DNA of 64,000 nucleotides from Terriglobia bacterium (GTDB lineage Bacteria > Acidobacteriota > Terriglobia > JAJPHL01 > JAPKYU01), in NCBI GenBank assembly GCA_965206645.1, contig CBDBKE010000002.1, positions 640,001 to 704,000 of the forward strand, read 5' to 3'. The stretch's first letter is position 1. Each line of letters opens with the position of its first letter. Positions 8,648 to 21,577 of this stretch are shown here, piece by piece. The notes under the pieces were generated by a model, which was given only the letters and a program-made list of their open reading frames with translations, had not been told where the DNA came from and made no database searches. The position numbers and the translations under genes were made by a program.

Positions 8648-9413
8648 AGATTGTTTTTTCTCCAGCACCAAAGGCAGCCAGGTACGCGGCCGCCACAGGC
8701 TCGGTAGCGTGCACAAAGTCGGCCGCGGTGTACAGGCCCACCAGGCGGCCGCCTTCTTGCAGTGCAATACGCGTGCCCAGATGCAGGGCTTCGCGCAGGT
8801 CATGGGTCACGAACACAATGGTCTTGTTAAGCCTCCGCTGCAATGCTTGGAATTCACGTTGCATTTCGGCGCGCGTGATTGGATCCAGCGCCCCAAACGG
8901 CTCATCCATCAGCAGAATGGGCGGGTCGGCGGCCAGGGCGCGCGCCACCCCGACCCGCTGTCGCTGCCCGCCGGAGAGTTCGCGGGGGTAGCGCGTGGCG
9001 AATTGCGGATCCAGTCCTACCAGCAGCAGCAGTTCCTGAACTCGCTTGTTAGCACGTTCGGCTGGCCAGCCTTCCAGGCTGGGCACCAGGGCAATGTTGC
9101 GCTCCACGGTAAAGTGGGGGAACAGGCCGGTTTCCTGGATCACGTAGCCGATGCCGCGCCGCAGTCGGATCGGATCCCACTCCGTCGTTGGACGGCCCTC
9201 CACACGCACCTCGCCTTCGCTGGGCACCAGCAGACGGTTGACCAGCTTCAGGGTGGTGGTCTTGCCCGAGCCGCTGCGTCCTAACAGAACCAGGGTTTCT
9301 CCGCGCCGCACCTGTAGGTCTAACTTGTGCAGCAGCTCCTGCTTTGGGCCCAAGCGATAGGAAACTTCGCGGAATTCGATAACGATTTCGTTCCCAGCGG
9401 CTGCGTTGTTCAT
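8637..9413 (-). CDS. Osmoprotectant ABC transporter ATP-binding protein
   Basis: GRSGSGKTT, LSGGQRQRV, LLMDEPFGALD. Confidence 0.93.
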   Translation of the reverse strand: MNNAAAGNEIVIEFREVSYRLGPKQELLHKLDLQVRRGETLVLLGRSGSGKTTTLKLVNRLLVPSEGEVRVEGRPTTEWDPIRLRRGIGYVIQETGLFPHFTVERNIALVPSLEGWPAERANKRVQELLLLVGLDPQFATRYPRELSGGQRQRVGVARALAADPPILLMDEPFGALDPITRAEMQREFQALQRRLNKTIVFVTHDLREALHLGTRIALQEGGRLVGLYTAADFVHATEPVAAAYLAAFGAGEKTISRS

Positions 9414-9679
9414 CTTGCGCCTGTAGCGGCCAGCACCATCAGGAAGCGTCATGTTTGCATGGGGTTTGGTAGGCGTCAAGTTCCGAAGAACGCTCAGGCA
9501 GCCGCCAGAAACAGCTCTCGGTGTTGGCCCGGATCGCGTAAAGACGATCGTGTAAAGACAACTGAGAACTCAGACGCCGGAACATCTTCGAACCCGACTG
9601 TACTTTTCCCAGCTTCTGTGCAACGATTCCCCTTAGAGGGCCTCTAGGCAATTCTCTGGCCGGTGGAACCTGCGGGGCA

Positions 9680-11968
<2,289 letters not shown>

Positions 11969-12176
11969 CGCCGCGTCCGGAAAAGTCCGCCCCGCTCGTA
12001 GCCACCTTCTAGCAGGCTGGGGGAGGACCGGGCCAACGCTCCTGAACGATCCCGACTCCGAATCCGGTCCCTTTTCACAGCGGTTGGAGAGCGGCACGCG
12101 TCAGTAAGCGATCTAGCCTTCCAGTCGATGGCTCCGGGCGGCGGCGGCGTTCGGTATAATAGGGGCCGGCCTCTCG

Positions 12177-13331
12177 ATGGTGGACCAGCCTGAACAGCCA
12201 AGAATCTTTGTCTCGGCAGGAGAAGCCTCCGGAGACATGTACGCGGCCTGGTTTGTGGAGGCGCTGCGCGAGCGCGTTCCGGAAGCGGAATGCTTCGGTT
12301 GCGCCGGCCCGCGCCTGCGCGACGTGGGTTGTGCGGCTCTGCTCCGTTCAGAAAGCATCGCCATGGTGGGCGTGGCCGAGGTGGCTGCGGAAATCCCGCG
12401 GGTCTGGCGCCAGTACCGACGGCTGGCAACTGACGCTCTGGAGCGTCGCCCCGAACTGGCGGTGTTGGTGGATGCGCCGAGTTTCAACTTGCGCCTGGCG
12501 CGCCATTTTCACCGCCATGGCATTCCAGTGCTGTACCTGGTGGCGCCGCAGGTGTGGGCCTGGAAGCCGTGGCGAGTGGGGCAGTTGCGGCGTTTGGTGG
12601 ATCGGCTGCTGTGCATCTTCCCCTTCGAGGAAACCTGGTTCCGCCAGCGCGGCGTGAGCGTCGAATACATCGGCCACCCGCTCGCCGGCCGCGTTCGCCC
12701 GCGGTGGAGTCGCGAAGAATTTTTTGCCAGGCAACGGCTCGACTTGCGACAGCCACTGCTGGCCCTGCTACCCGGCAGCCGGCGCCGCGAAGTATCGTTG
12801 AACCTGCCGGTGCTGCTGGAAGCGGCGGGGCGCTGCGGCGCCCAGAGCCTGATCGCCGCGCCGCCGGAACTACCCTTGCCTGAGGCGCCCCTTCCCGTGG
12901 TGCGCGGCGCCACCTACGACGTGCTGGCCCACGCGGACCTGGCACTGGTCGCCAGCGGCACGGCAACCGTTGAAGCGGCTTTGCTCGGCACGCCCATGGT
13001 GGTGGTCTACCGAGTGACGGAACCCACCTGGTGGCTGGGCCGTCTCTTGGTAAGGACGCCTTTCTACAGTATGGTGAACTTGGTGGCCGAGCGGCGCCTG
13101 GTCCCCGAGTTGATCCAGGATGCGTTTACCCCGACTCGGGTGACCGAAGAGGTGCGGCGCCTGCTATCGAATCGCGATGCGCGCAACGTGATGCGTGTGG
13201 GGCTGGCCGACGTGGCCCGCAAGCTGACCCCGGTCCCTGATCCCCTGGGACGAGCGGCCGACCGGGCAGTGAGAATGCTGGAGAGCGGCGCTCCGGCCGC
13301 ACCCGCAGCTGCACCCAAAGTCCTGCCCTGA
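12177..13331 (+). CDS. lpxB: Lipid-A-disaccharide synthase
   Basis: SAGEASGD, APQVWAW, LLPGSR, ASGTATVE, VPELIQ. Confidence 0.95.
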   Translation: MVDQPEQPRIFVSAGEASGDMYAAWFVEALRERVPEAECFGCAGPRLRDVGCAALLRSESIAMVGVAEVAAEIPRVWRQYRRLATDALERRPELAVLVDAPSFNLRLARHFHRHGIPVLYLVAPQVWAWKPWRVGQLRRLVDRLLCIFPFEETWFRQRGVSVEYIGHPLAGRVRPRWSREEFFARQRLDLRQPLLALLPGSRRREVSLNLPVLLEAAGRCGAQSLIAAPPELPLPEAPLPVVRGATYDVLAHADLALVASGTATVEAALLGTPMVVVYRVTEPTWWLGRLLVRTPFYSMVNLVAERRLVPELIQDAFTPTRVTEEVRRLLSNRDARNVMRVGLADVARKLTPVPDPLGRAADRAVRMLESGAPAAPAAAPKVLP

Positions 13332-13371
13332 TCATCGTATGATTGTAGGTAGGGCCTTAAAGGAGTGTTTG

Positions 13372-15408
13372 ATGTTTTCCTCGGCTGTTCACCGCTGGAT
13401 GCTCACCGGCGACGGGCCGAAGTCCGCAGCCCGCCGGCCGCGGTCGCTCACTGCGGCCCTTTTGGCTGCGGTGCTGGCGTGTGCTTACCTCCCCCTATGG
13501 GGGCAGAGGGGCGCGCGGATCGACGTCGAGAAGTACGTGATAGATGTTGAGCTGGATCCGCGGGAGCACCTGTTGCGCGCCCGCGTGCTGGTCCAGTTCG
13601 TGCCCGTGGTGGACACGCTGTCGGCCACCTTTGAATTGAACAACAACCTGGTCCCCACCAAAATCACCGACGCCGACGGCCAGTTGCTTCTCTCGCAGCG
13701 CTTCTCCCGGCAGGGCACTTTGCGCGTCAACTTCGAGCAGCCACTGCGTGCGGCCGAAAGCACCAGCATCCTGTTTGAATACGACGGCAGGCTGGTCAGC
13801 GCCGAGAACCAGCCGGTGGAAGGATTAAAGCTGGCCTACGTCGGCGAGGAGGTCAGCTATTTGCTATATCCGGGGCGCTGGTTCCCCGTCTCTGACTACC
13901 AGGCGGACCGATTCGCTGCGGAGATGAATGTGACCGTACCACAGGGCCTAGTGGTGGTTGCGCCCGGCCGAAGTGAGCCCGTTGAGACTGGCCCGGGAGG
14001 CAGGCACACCTTCCGCTTTGTCTACGATCGCCCCGCGTTTCCCGGCAGCCTGGCGGTGGTGCGCGAGCAGCCACAACGCGTGACCAGCGGAGGCGCGCCG
14101 GTGAACGTCTATTTTCGCGGTCCTGAGCAGGCCCAGGCGCAAGCCTACGGCGAAGGCGCCGGCAAAATCCTCACCTTTTTCTCCAGTAAGTTCGGGCCGA
14201 CGCCGGACCCCACGGTATCGCTGGTGGAAATTGACGAAGGCTCGGTGAACGGCTACTCCGCGCCGGGAATTGTTTTCCTTTCTCCAGGCGCCATCGGGGA
14301 CCAGCTCAACTACCGCCTGCTGGCGCACGAGCTGGCACACCAGTGGTGGCGCGGCATCGTCAGCCCAGCTTCCCGCGCTCACCTCTGGCTGGACGAAGGG
14401 CTGGCCAGCTACAGCGAGCTGCTCTACGTGGAAGAATCCGCCGGAGAGGCAGCACTGGAGGAGGTGGTCCAGGACGTCGCGATTTCGGCACTGACCAACG
14501 ACAGGGTACCCGTCTTCCGCGCCGCCAGCCTTGAGGAGTTCTCGCTGGAGTACGACGCCGTGGTGGCGAAGAAGGGTGCGATGGTCTTGCACATGCTGCG
14601 CTGGGTCATTGGTGACGATGCTTTTTTTCAGGGTTTGCGCCAGTTTGCCTCGACCTACGCGGGCAGGCAGGCCACCACGGGCGACTTGCGGCAGGTCTTT
14701 GAGCAGGTCAGCGGACAGGATTTGAGCGGCTTTTTCATCCAGTGGCTGGAATCCCCGGGAACACCGGAGTTCAAGGCTGACTATGCCGTCTACCGCACCA
14801 GCAAGGGCTTCAGAATCGTGGGCCAGATCAAGCAGGACATGGACACCTTCCGCATGCCGGTGGAAGTGCGCATTGAAACCGACGGGGAGCCTGTCGTGCG
14901 GCGCATCGAGGTGGTCGGCACTGCCTCGGACTTCATCGTCGAAACTTTCGGACGCCCACGCACCGTGACGGTGGACCCGAACAGGCGGGTCCTGAGGTAC
15001 AACGACCAGATTCGCCTTCAGGTGGCGATTCGCAAGGGAGAGCAGTGGACCGACGTGAGCTACTACGAGGAAGCGCTGAAGGAATATCAGAAGGCGCTGG
15101 AAATCAACAAGAACAGCTCGCTGGCCCACTTTCGCGTCGCCGAGGTGTTCTTTGCCCAAAACAATTACCAGTCGGCTGCCAACGCGTTCCGCGAAGCACT
15201 CAACGGCGACCTGGAGCCGAACTGGACTGAGGTCTGGAGCCACATCAACTTGGGCAAAATCTTCGACATCACCGGGCAGCGCGAACGAGCCGTGAATGAA
15301 TATCAGCAGGCGCTTCGGACCAAGGACAATACCCAGGGCGCTCTGGCCGAAGCCGAGAAGTACTTGAAGGAACGCTATCGGCGCGAACGGCTGGCGGAAC
15401 GCTATTGA
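13372..15408 (+). CDS. M1 family aminopeptidase with C-terminal TPR repeats
   Basis: HELAHQWW zinc motif, WLDEGLASY, KGAMVLHMLR; TPR-like C-terminus; AAGGAG RBS before 13372. Confidence 0.85.
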   Translation: MFSSAVHRWMLTGDGPKSAARRPRSLTAALLAAVLACAYLPLWGQRGARIDVEKYVIDVELDPREHLLRARVLVQFVPVVDTLSATFELNNNLVPTKITDADGQLLLSQRFSRQGTLRVNFEQPLRAAESTSILFEYDGRLVSAENQPVEGLKLAYVGEEVSYLLYPGRWFPVSDYQADRFAAEMNVTVPQGLVVVAPGRSEPVETGPGGRHTFRFVYDRPAFPGSLAVVREQPQRVTSGGAPVNVYFRGPEQAQAQAYGEGAGKILTFFSSKFGPTPDPTVSLVEIDEGSVNGYSAPGIVFLSPGAIGDQLNYRLLAHELAHQWWRGIVSPASRAHLWLDEGLASYSELLYVEESAGEAALEEVVQDVAISALTNDRVPVFRAASLEEFSLEYDAVVAKKGAMVLHMLRWVIGDDAFFQGLRQFASTYAGRQATTGDLRQVFEQVSGQDLSGFFIQWLESPGTPEFKADYAVYRTSKGFRIVGQIKQDMDTFRMPVEVRIETDGEPVVRRIEVVGTASDFIVETFGRPRTVTVDPNRRVLRYNDQIRLQVAIRKGEQWTDVSYYEEALKEYQKALEINKNSSLAHFRVAEVFFAQNNYQSAANAFREALNGDLEPNWTEVWSHINLGKIFDITGQRERAVNEYQQALRTKDNTQGALAEAEKYLKERYRRERLAERY

Positions 15409-15506
15409 TGCCTCAGTCCCAGGCCCTGAACTCAACTTCTGCAGTCCTACGCGGGCACTGACCTTTTCTGTGGCCGCGTCCAGCGGTGCGGAGTCAAGGC
15501 GGAGTG

Positions 15507-15890
15507 CTATTCCGGCGTGTAGGTGGCGGTGGTGGTGTCAGTTTCCCAGACGGTGACCGCGGCGAGCCGCACGCCATTTTCAGGACGCTGCTTGGCCAGT
15601 CGGCCATCAATCTCCTGGTAAAAATACTTCGCCAGGTTTTCCGCTGAAGGGTTCAGCCGGTCGAACGGCGCCAGGTCGTTGAGGAACTGGTGGTCTACCC
15701 GATCGGCGACCTGCCGCAGCGCGCCTTTCAACTCCACAAAGTCATACAGCAGGCCAGTGGAATCCAAATCGCGACCCTGCAGCGTTAGCCGGACCCGGTA
15801 GTTGTGGCCGTGCGTGTTTTCACATTTGCCGCGGTAACCACGTAAGGCGTGCCCAGCGGCAAAGGTATGCTCGACGGTGACTTCAAACAT
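15507..15890 (-). CDS. queD: 6-carboxytetrahydropterin synthase
   Basis: FAAGHAL, CENTHGHNY, DHQFLND, PSAENLA, VWET. Confidence 0.93.
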   Translation of the reverse strand: MFEVTVEHTFAAGHALRGYRGKCENTHGHNYRVRLTLQGRDLDSTGLLYDFVELKGALRQVADRVDHQFLNDLAPFDRLNPSAENLAKYFYQEIDGRLAKQRPENGVRLAAVTVWETDTTTATYTPE

Positions 15891-17865
15891 TGGGCGATGG
15901 CTCCATAAATCGCTCGACTTCAGCAAATTCTCGAGTCGTACGGTAGTCTGCAAGACTCTCAAGGAAAATTGTACCGTAGTTCTTGGTCAGGATGCGCGTA
16001 TCCAGGATAGCCAGCAGGCCCCGGTCGGCGCGGCTTCGGATCAACCTGCCGAAGCCCTGTTTGAGCGCCAGGATAGCCTGAGGCACCTGATACTCCAGGA
16101 AGGGGTTGCCTCCCTCCTCCCCAATCAGGCGGAGACGCGCGGCTACCACCGGGTCGGTAGGCACCGCAAACGGCAGCCGGTCAATGACCACGCAGCTAAG
16201 CTGCTCGCCAGGCACGTCCACGCCCTGCCAGAAGCTAGCGGTGGCGAACAGCACCGGGTTCGCTTCACTGCGGAAGCGCTCCAGAAGGGCCGTGCGGGGT
16301 GCCTCACCCTGAACCAGCAGCGGATACTTCAGCCCGGTCGCCTGCAGCCGGGCTGCGGCACGCTGATAGATTTGGTGCATCTGCTGGTAGCTGGTGAACA
16401 GCACGAAGGCCCGACCGCGGGTGGCCTGCAGGATGCGGCAGACCTCCTGCGCCGCTCGCTCCAGAAATTCCGGCCGGCGCGGGTCAGGCAGTTCCGGCGG
16501 GATGTAGAGCAGAGCCTGACGGTGAAAGTCATAGTGCGACTCCAGCACCCTCTGGTGCGCGTAGCGGATTCCCAATCGCCGCGTAACGAACTCGAAGCTA
16601 CCGGCCACGGCCAGAGTGGCCGAGGTCAGAGCACAGGTCTCCACCTGCTCGAACAGGGCCGCGGAAAGGATGGGAGCCACGTCAATGGGGGTGGCCTGGA
16701 GGAAGGTGCCACGGCCGCGCCGCTCGATCCAATAGACGTAGCCAGGATCGTTCCCCTCCAGCAGGAACCTCAGCTCGCGGCGCAACTCGGCGGCCCGGCG
16801 GGCCAGGGCATGCACCTCTTCCGGCTTGTCGGGGAGTGCCGCCAGCGCCGATTCCAGTGCCTCCAGCGCGTCGGCCAGTCCGGCATGGGCGCTTTCGAGC
16901 TTCCCATCAGGGTCCGCGAACTCCTGGTGCAGGTCGAAAGCGAAGCGTCCTTGTTCTCCGGCCAGCAGCCCGAAGAGAACGGCGGCGCGCTCGCCCACAC
17001 GGTGAGCGGCACGGAACAGCTGCGGCGTGTGGCTCTCGTTTTCTGATGCAGCGCCTTCCTGCGCTGCTTTCAGCCGCAGCGTCTGCTCGCAGTCACGCAC
17101 CAGCTCTTCCAGGCGGTAGTTGCTGACGATGAGTCCGAAATATTGCGAGGCCACCTCCTCCAGTTCGTGGGCCTCATCGAAGATCACCGCGCGATAGTCC
17201 GGCAGGACGCCCAAGCCGGGCACCCGATTGGCCGCGGACGCCTTCAGGGCCAGGTCAGCGAAAAACAGGTGGTGGTTGACAATCAGCAGGTCGGACTCCA
17301 CGGCTCGCTGGTGCATCAGGGTGAGGAAGCAGCGCTCGAACTGGGGACACTTCTGGCCGGTGCAGGTCTCGCGACGCGCGTTCAAGTGAGGCCACAACTC
17401 GCTGGACTCGGGCAGCCACGCCAGTTCGGCGCGGTCGCCGGTTTCCGTGCGCGGTTCCCACTCGCGCAGCAGCGCCAGCTCTTCCCGCTGCCTCACCAGC
17501 TCGGCTGTCGCCGGAGCACTCAGCTCGTGGAGCTTTTGCCGGCACAAGTAGTTGTTGCGGCCCTTCATGTAGGAAACGCGCAACCGCCGGCCCAGGTGCC
17601 GCTCCAGAAATGGGATGTCCTGGTAGAAGAGCTGCTCCTGAAGGTTCTTGGTGCCAGTGGAAATCACCACCCGCCGGCCGCTGAGCAAGGCGGGAACCAG
17701 GTAGGCCAGAGTCTTTCCGGTGCCGGTGCCCGCTTCTACGAGCAAGTGGTGCTTCTCGCGGAAGGCAGCCTCAACCAGCTCCGCCATCTCCAGTTGGCCG
17801 GCGCGGAACTCGTAGCGGGGGTGGGCGCGCGCCAGCCATCCGTGGGGCGCGAAAAACTCGCGCAT
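15883..17865 (-). CDS. ATP-dependent DNA helicase, DinG/YoaA family
   Basis: EAGTGTGKT, NYLC, Fe-S cysteines, DEAH, KQGFGRLIR. Confidence 0.93.
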   Translation of the reverse strand: MREFFAPHGWLARAHPRYEFRAGQLEMAELVEAAFREKHHLLVEAGTGTGKTLAYLVPALLSGRRVVISTGTKNLQEQLFYQDIPFLERHLGRRLRVSYMKGRNNYLCRQKLHELSAPATAELVRQREELALLREWEPRTETGDRAELAWLPESSELWPHLNARRETCTGQKCPQFERCFLTLMHQRAVESDLLIVNHHLFFADLALKASAANRVPGLGVLPDYRAVIFDEAHELEEVASQYFGLIVSNYRLEELVRDCEQTLRLKAAQEGAASENESHTPQLFRAAHRVGERAAVLFGLLAGEQGRFAFDLHQEFADPDGKLESAHAGLADALEALESALAALPDKPEEVHALARRAAELRRELRFLLEGNDPGYVYWIERRGRGTFLQATPIDVAPILSAALFEQVETCALTSATLAVAGSFEFVTRRLGIRYAHQRVLESHYDFHRQALLYIPPELPDPRRPEFLERAAQEVCRILQATRGRAFVLFTSYQQMHQIYQRAAARLQATGLKYPLLVQGEAPRTALLERFRSEANPVLFATASFWQGVDVPGEQLSCVVIDRLPFAVPTDPVVAARLRLIGEEGGNPFLEYQVPQAILALKQGFGRLIRSRADRGLLAILDTRILTKNYGTIFLESLADYRTTREFAEVERFMEPSPNV

Positions 17866-17904
17866 GCTGGAATCCCTAGACGCGCTGGCGCTGTGCGCTT
17901 CTTT

Positions 17905-17968
17905 CATGAGCAAGAAACTCCAGGCATGAGCAAGAAACTTCAGGCATGAGCGAAAATTTCGGGCATGC
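17905..17968. repeat. 20-bp tandem repeat (about 3 copies) between divergent helicase and der genes
   Basis: CATGAGCAAGAAACTCCAGG / CATGAGCAAGAAACTTCAGG / CATGAGCGAAAATTTCGGG / CATG. Confidence 0.85.
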
Positions 17969-18011
17969 TCGCCTGTCCGCTCTTAAAGCATAATGAATTG
18001 GACGGCCAACA

Positions 18012-19445
18012 ATGCGGGCAGATATGGAGGATAGCACGGAGAGAGTGCAACGTGGCACGGCGTCAGGCAACGCCAGGTTGCCGCAACTCCCTTTGATCGC
18101 CATCGTCGGCCGGCCCAACGTCGGGAAGTCCACTCTGTTCAACCGCATCACCGGGACCCGACGAGCTATCGTGGGCAACGAACCGGGCATCACCCGCGAC
18201 CGCATCTACGCAGAGGCTCAGTGGGGGCGCACGGCGTTCCAGGTGGTGGACACGGGCGGCATGCTGCCTGGGGACCGCGAGCTGATACCTCGTCAAATCC
18301 TCAAGCACGCCGAGCTGGCCATTCGGGAAGCAGCTCAAGTGATGTTGGTGGTGGACGGCCGGGCAGAAATTACCGGCAGCGACCGGGAACTGGCCCGACT
18401 GCTGCTGCGCACCGGCAAGCCGCTGGCGCTGGCGGTGAACAAAGTGGACACGCCGCGCCTGGAAGCGCGGATGCAGGAGTGGTACGCCCTGGGCATCGGC
18501 CGGCTGTTCTTCGTTTCAGCCGAACACGGGACCGGAGTGGCGGAGCTGCTGGACGAAGTGGCGAGTGATTTGCCCTCCGGCCCCGCCGAGACTACGGCCA
18601 AGCCCGAGGAAGCGAGAGAAATTCGGGTGGCAATTATTGGTAAGCCCAACGTCGGCAAGTCCACGCTGCTGAACTTCATCGCCGGGGAGGAGCGCGCCAT
18701 GGTGACCCCGCTGCCCGGAACGACACGCGATGCAGTAGATCTGCTGGTGGAATCGCCGCTGGCCGGGCGGCTGCGCGTGGTGGACACCGCCGGCATCCGC
18801 CGCAAGAGCAAAACCAACCTGATGGCGGAAAAGCTGAGCGTGATGATGGCGCAGCGCCACATTCGCCTCTGCGACATTGCCCTGCTGCTGGTGGATGCCA
18901 CCGAAGGGGCCACCGCCATGGACGGGACTATCGCCCGCTACGCCCATGATCATGGCAAAGGACTGATCGTGGTCTTGAACAAGTGGGACTTGGTCAAAGA
19001 CAAGCTCCACAAGGCTGGCCTGCTGGCCGACACCGTGCGCCGCGCGATGGAGTTCGTGGACTACGCTCCCATGCAATTTCTCTCAGCCGCCAGCGGGTGG
19101 AATCTGGAGAAATTGCTCGAACGCATTCGACAGGTGGACCGGTCGCGCTCGCAGCGCATGCCAACTGCGGAGCTGAACCAGTTGTTTCAGAGCCTGGACC
19201 TGGAACGAGCTCCAGTCCCGGCGGCAAAGAAGATAAAAATCTTCTACCTTACTCAGGCGGGGATACGCCCACCAACGTTCGTGCTGTTTACCGACCGCGC
19301 GGGAAAAATGCACCCTGCTTTTGAGCGCTTCCTGGAACACCAGATCCGGCGGCGGTTCGGCTTTGCCGGAACGCCCATCCTGCTCCGGACCCGAGCGCGG
19401 AGAAAGCGCCGTGCAGCCGCCGGGAGCAAACGCTCAAGAGGGTAA
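18012..19445 (+). CDS. der: Ribosome biogenesis GTPase Der (EngA)
   Basis: Two G domains (GRPNVGKS, GKPNVGKS), DTGG/DTAG, NKVD/NKWD, KH-like C-terminus. Confidence 0.96.
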   Translation: MRADMEDSTERVQRGTASGNARLPQLPLIAIVGRPNVGKSTLFNRITGTRRAIVGNEPGITRDRIYAEAQWGRTAFQVVDTGGMLPGDRELIPRQILKHAELAIREAAQVMLVVDGRAEITGSDRELARLLLRTGKPLALAVNKVDTPRLEARMQEWYALGIGRLFFVSAEHGTGVAELLDEVASDLPSGPAETTAKPEEAREIRVAIIGKPNVGKSTLLNFIAGEERAMVTPLPGTTRDAVDLLVESPLAGRLRVVDTAGIRRKSKTNLMAEKLSVMMAQRHIRLCDIALLLVDATEGATAMDGTIARYAHDHGKGLIVVLNKWDLVKDKLHKAGLLADTVRRAMEFVDYAPMQFLSAASGWNLEKLLERIRQVDRSRSQRMPTAELNQLFQSLDLERAPVPAAKKIKIFYLTQAGIRPPTFVLFTDRAGKMHPAFERFLEHQIRRRFGFAGTPILLRTRARRKRRAAAGSKRSRG

Positions 19446-19542
19446 CGTCGTCTCGAACCCACCCTTCGGTGAACCTGCCCTTTTGATATCTCGAATAGCC
19501 TCCAGGCACCGCTCTCACCGACCTGGAGTGGTAAACCCTGCG

Positions 19543-19731
19543 CTAAAGCACGCGGCGGGACACACTCTTCCCGCACTCGGGACAGCAATGCGCTTCTTCG
19601 ATCAGCCCGCCCAACGCCGGATCCACCTGCACAGCCTCCTCGGGGCTGATCGGGTCTATTAGCTTGTCGGAGTGATGATTCATTTCAATTCCGCACTCGG
19701 GGCAAATCATTTTGGCCGTGCCTGCTGACAT
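19543..19731 (-). CDS. Small zinc-ribbon protein
   Basis: Two CPECG motifs; GGAGG RBS; last gene of the cluster. Confidence 0.75.
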   Translation of the reverse strand: MSAGTAKMICPECGIEMNHHSDKLIDPISPEEAVQVDPALGGLIEEAHCCPECGKSVSRRVL

Positions 19732-19750
19732 CGGTTCCCTCCTCCCTGCT

Positions 19751-20320
19751 TCAGTCCAGGGAAATATTCTCGCGACCGTACCGCAACGTCTTGGCCATCC
19801 AGACTAGTTCTTTCAGGAATTTGTCAGTGCGCCGCAGGAAGGCCTGGTCTAAGAGTTGCCCGGACTCATCGAAAAGCTTGCTCACATTCCCAAAGTTGAC
19901 ATCCCAGAAGATGGCCACCAGGCCCAGTTCGCGAAACACCGGCAGAAAGTTCTCGATGACGCGAGTGCCGCCGAACGGACCTGCCGATACACCCGCGACG
20001 CCGACGGCTTTGTGGATGTATTCCCTGAGGCAACTGTCCAGCACATGCTTGAGCAGGCCGGGAAAACTGTGGTTGTACTCCGGCGTCACAATCACCAGAG
20101 CGTCGGCAGCGTTCACCTTGGCCGAAAAGGCGGCGTCTTTGATCGCTTCGCCGGCGTCATCCACCGGCATCGGAAGTTGGGCTAGGTCAACAAGCTCCGC
20201 AACCAGTCCCTCCCGCTTGTTGATCTGTTCCACCAGAAACCTAGCAGCATTCGCACTGGCCCGCCCCTTCCGGGCGGTTCCCAGGATGACTGGTATATTG
20301 AGAGGTCGTTCGCTGGCCAT
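19751..20320 (-). CDS. NAD(P)H-dependent FMN reductase
   Basis: ILGTARKGRAS, VTPEYNHSFPGLLKHVLD, GPFGG. Confidence 0.92.
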   Translation of the reverse strand: MASERPLNIPVILGTARKGRASANAARFLVEQINKREGLVAELVDLAQLPMPVDDAGEAIKDAAFSAKVNAADALVIVTPEYNHSFPGLLKHVLDSCLREYIHKAVGVAGVSAGPFGGTRVIENFLPVFRELGLVAIFWDVNFGNVSKLFDESGQLLDQAFLRRTDKFLKELVWMAKTLRYGRENISLD

Positions 20321-20343
20321 GGCTTTGCCTCCTTGAGTGAAGG

Positions 20344-21450
20344 TCAGGGCAGGGGGGCCACCTCGCAGAATACTTTGATCGCGCCTTTGGTCTCAGTCAG
20401 AGTTTTCATGAGCTCGGCGTAATTCTCCAGGCCCTTGATCGGGTGTGTCAGCAGCTTTGCGAGCCAGCCCGGATACGCGAGCTCCGCCTGGGCCAGGTCC
20501 TGTATACCGCGCTCAAAGTCGGCCCGGCTGGCATTCACACTGCCGAAGGCCACCTTGTTCCCCAGCACGAAGCCCTGGTTGATTTGGTCGGCAGGAATTT
20601 CCAGTTTCCGATTACCGCCGGTCACACTGACCATAGCCAGCACCCCATTCTTTCCCAGCGCCTCCATGGCCTCAAACACTAGCGGGGAAAACCCAGTTCC
20701 TTCGAAGATGAAATCGAATGGGCCGAACTGCTCGGACGCCCGCTTCAAGGACTTATCCTTCGTGCTGATGTAGTGCACGCCGATCTCTTCCAGCAACTCT
20801 GAATTCAGGAATGGTGGCTGTCTGAGTGCCAGAGCCACTGCTTCCAAGCCCCGCAACCGGAGAAACAAAGCGGTTAGCAATCCCAACGTTCCAGAGCCTA
20901 GGACGGCCGCACGACGCGGTCGCCAGACCCGGAGCCGCCGCTGGATTTCGTACGCTTGCCCGATCGCCTTCTCCGCGATGCTGGTCGGCTCCAACAGCAC
21001 GGCCACCGGCTTCAGTCTTTCCGGCACCTGGACCAGGAACTCGGCCGAGTCCGCAAAATACTCGGCCAGGTATCCGTGGCGAAGGTTAATACCGCGCTCG
21101 AAGTAGGTGTCATCGGTGGTCATGTCCTGCAAGCCGATCCGGTCGTAGAGGCTTGAACCGGGCCGCCGAACGGAGGGGACCACGTAATCCCCGGGCTTGA
21201 ACTCCCCCACATTGGCGCCGACAGCTTCCACCTGCCCGAAGCTTTCATGCCCCAGAATGAGGTAGTCGTCGCCGGTCGGCGGCGCGCCATACTCAGCAGC
21301 ATTGATTTCTTTGTCGGTGCCGTCCACCCCTACGCGCAGGACCTTCACCAGAACGCCGCGGCCGTCAGGAACCTCCTCCACCATGGGCTTGGGTGCGTCC
21401 CGCAGATGAATGCTATTGGGCTTGCCGGGAATGACTGCAACCGCTTTCAT
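20344..21450 (-). CDS. Zn-dependent glucose 1-dehydrogenase (MDR family, archaeal-type GDH-like)
   Basis: VGVDGTDKEI, LGHES, VRRP, ERGI, LLEPTS, FGSVNA. Confidence 0.88.
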   Translation of the reverse strand: MKAVAVIPGKPNSIHLRDAPKPMVEEVPDGRGVLVKVLRVGVDGTDKEINAAEYGAPPTGDDYLILGHESFGQVEAVGANVGEFKPGDYVVPSVRRPGSSLYDRIGLQDMTTDDTYFERGINLRHGYLAEYFADSAEFLVQVPERLKPVAVLLEPTSIAEKAIGQAYEIQRRLRVWRPRRAAVLGSGTLGLLTALFLRLRGLEAVALALRQPPFLNSELLEEIGVHYISTKDKSLKRASEQFGPFDFIFEGTGFSPLVFEAMEALGKNGVLAMVSVTGGNRKLEIPADQINQGFVLGNKVAFGSVNASRADFERGIQDLAQAELAYPGWLAKLLTHPIKGLENYAELMKTLTETKGAIKVFCEVAPLP

Positions 21451-21577
21451 GTGTTTTCTCCTTCTGTTCAAACGAGTGGAAATCGCAACCCCTTTTCGCG
21501 TCGCGTGGGCTTATGCACTTCAATGAGCTTTTCCACAAACAACGGCCCCGAGCGGAACACACTAGTGGAACAAAAGA

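Noticed and set aside
11975-12150. GGAAAAGTCCG resembling the RNase P RNA 5' motif
   Set aside because: Spacer is too short and lacks the 3' ACAGAA.CCGGCTTA motif
19450-19472. TCGAACCCACCCTTC as a possible att copy of the tRNA-Ser 3' end
   Set aside because: Match is short, imperfect and in the wrong orientation for a direct repeat
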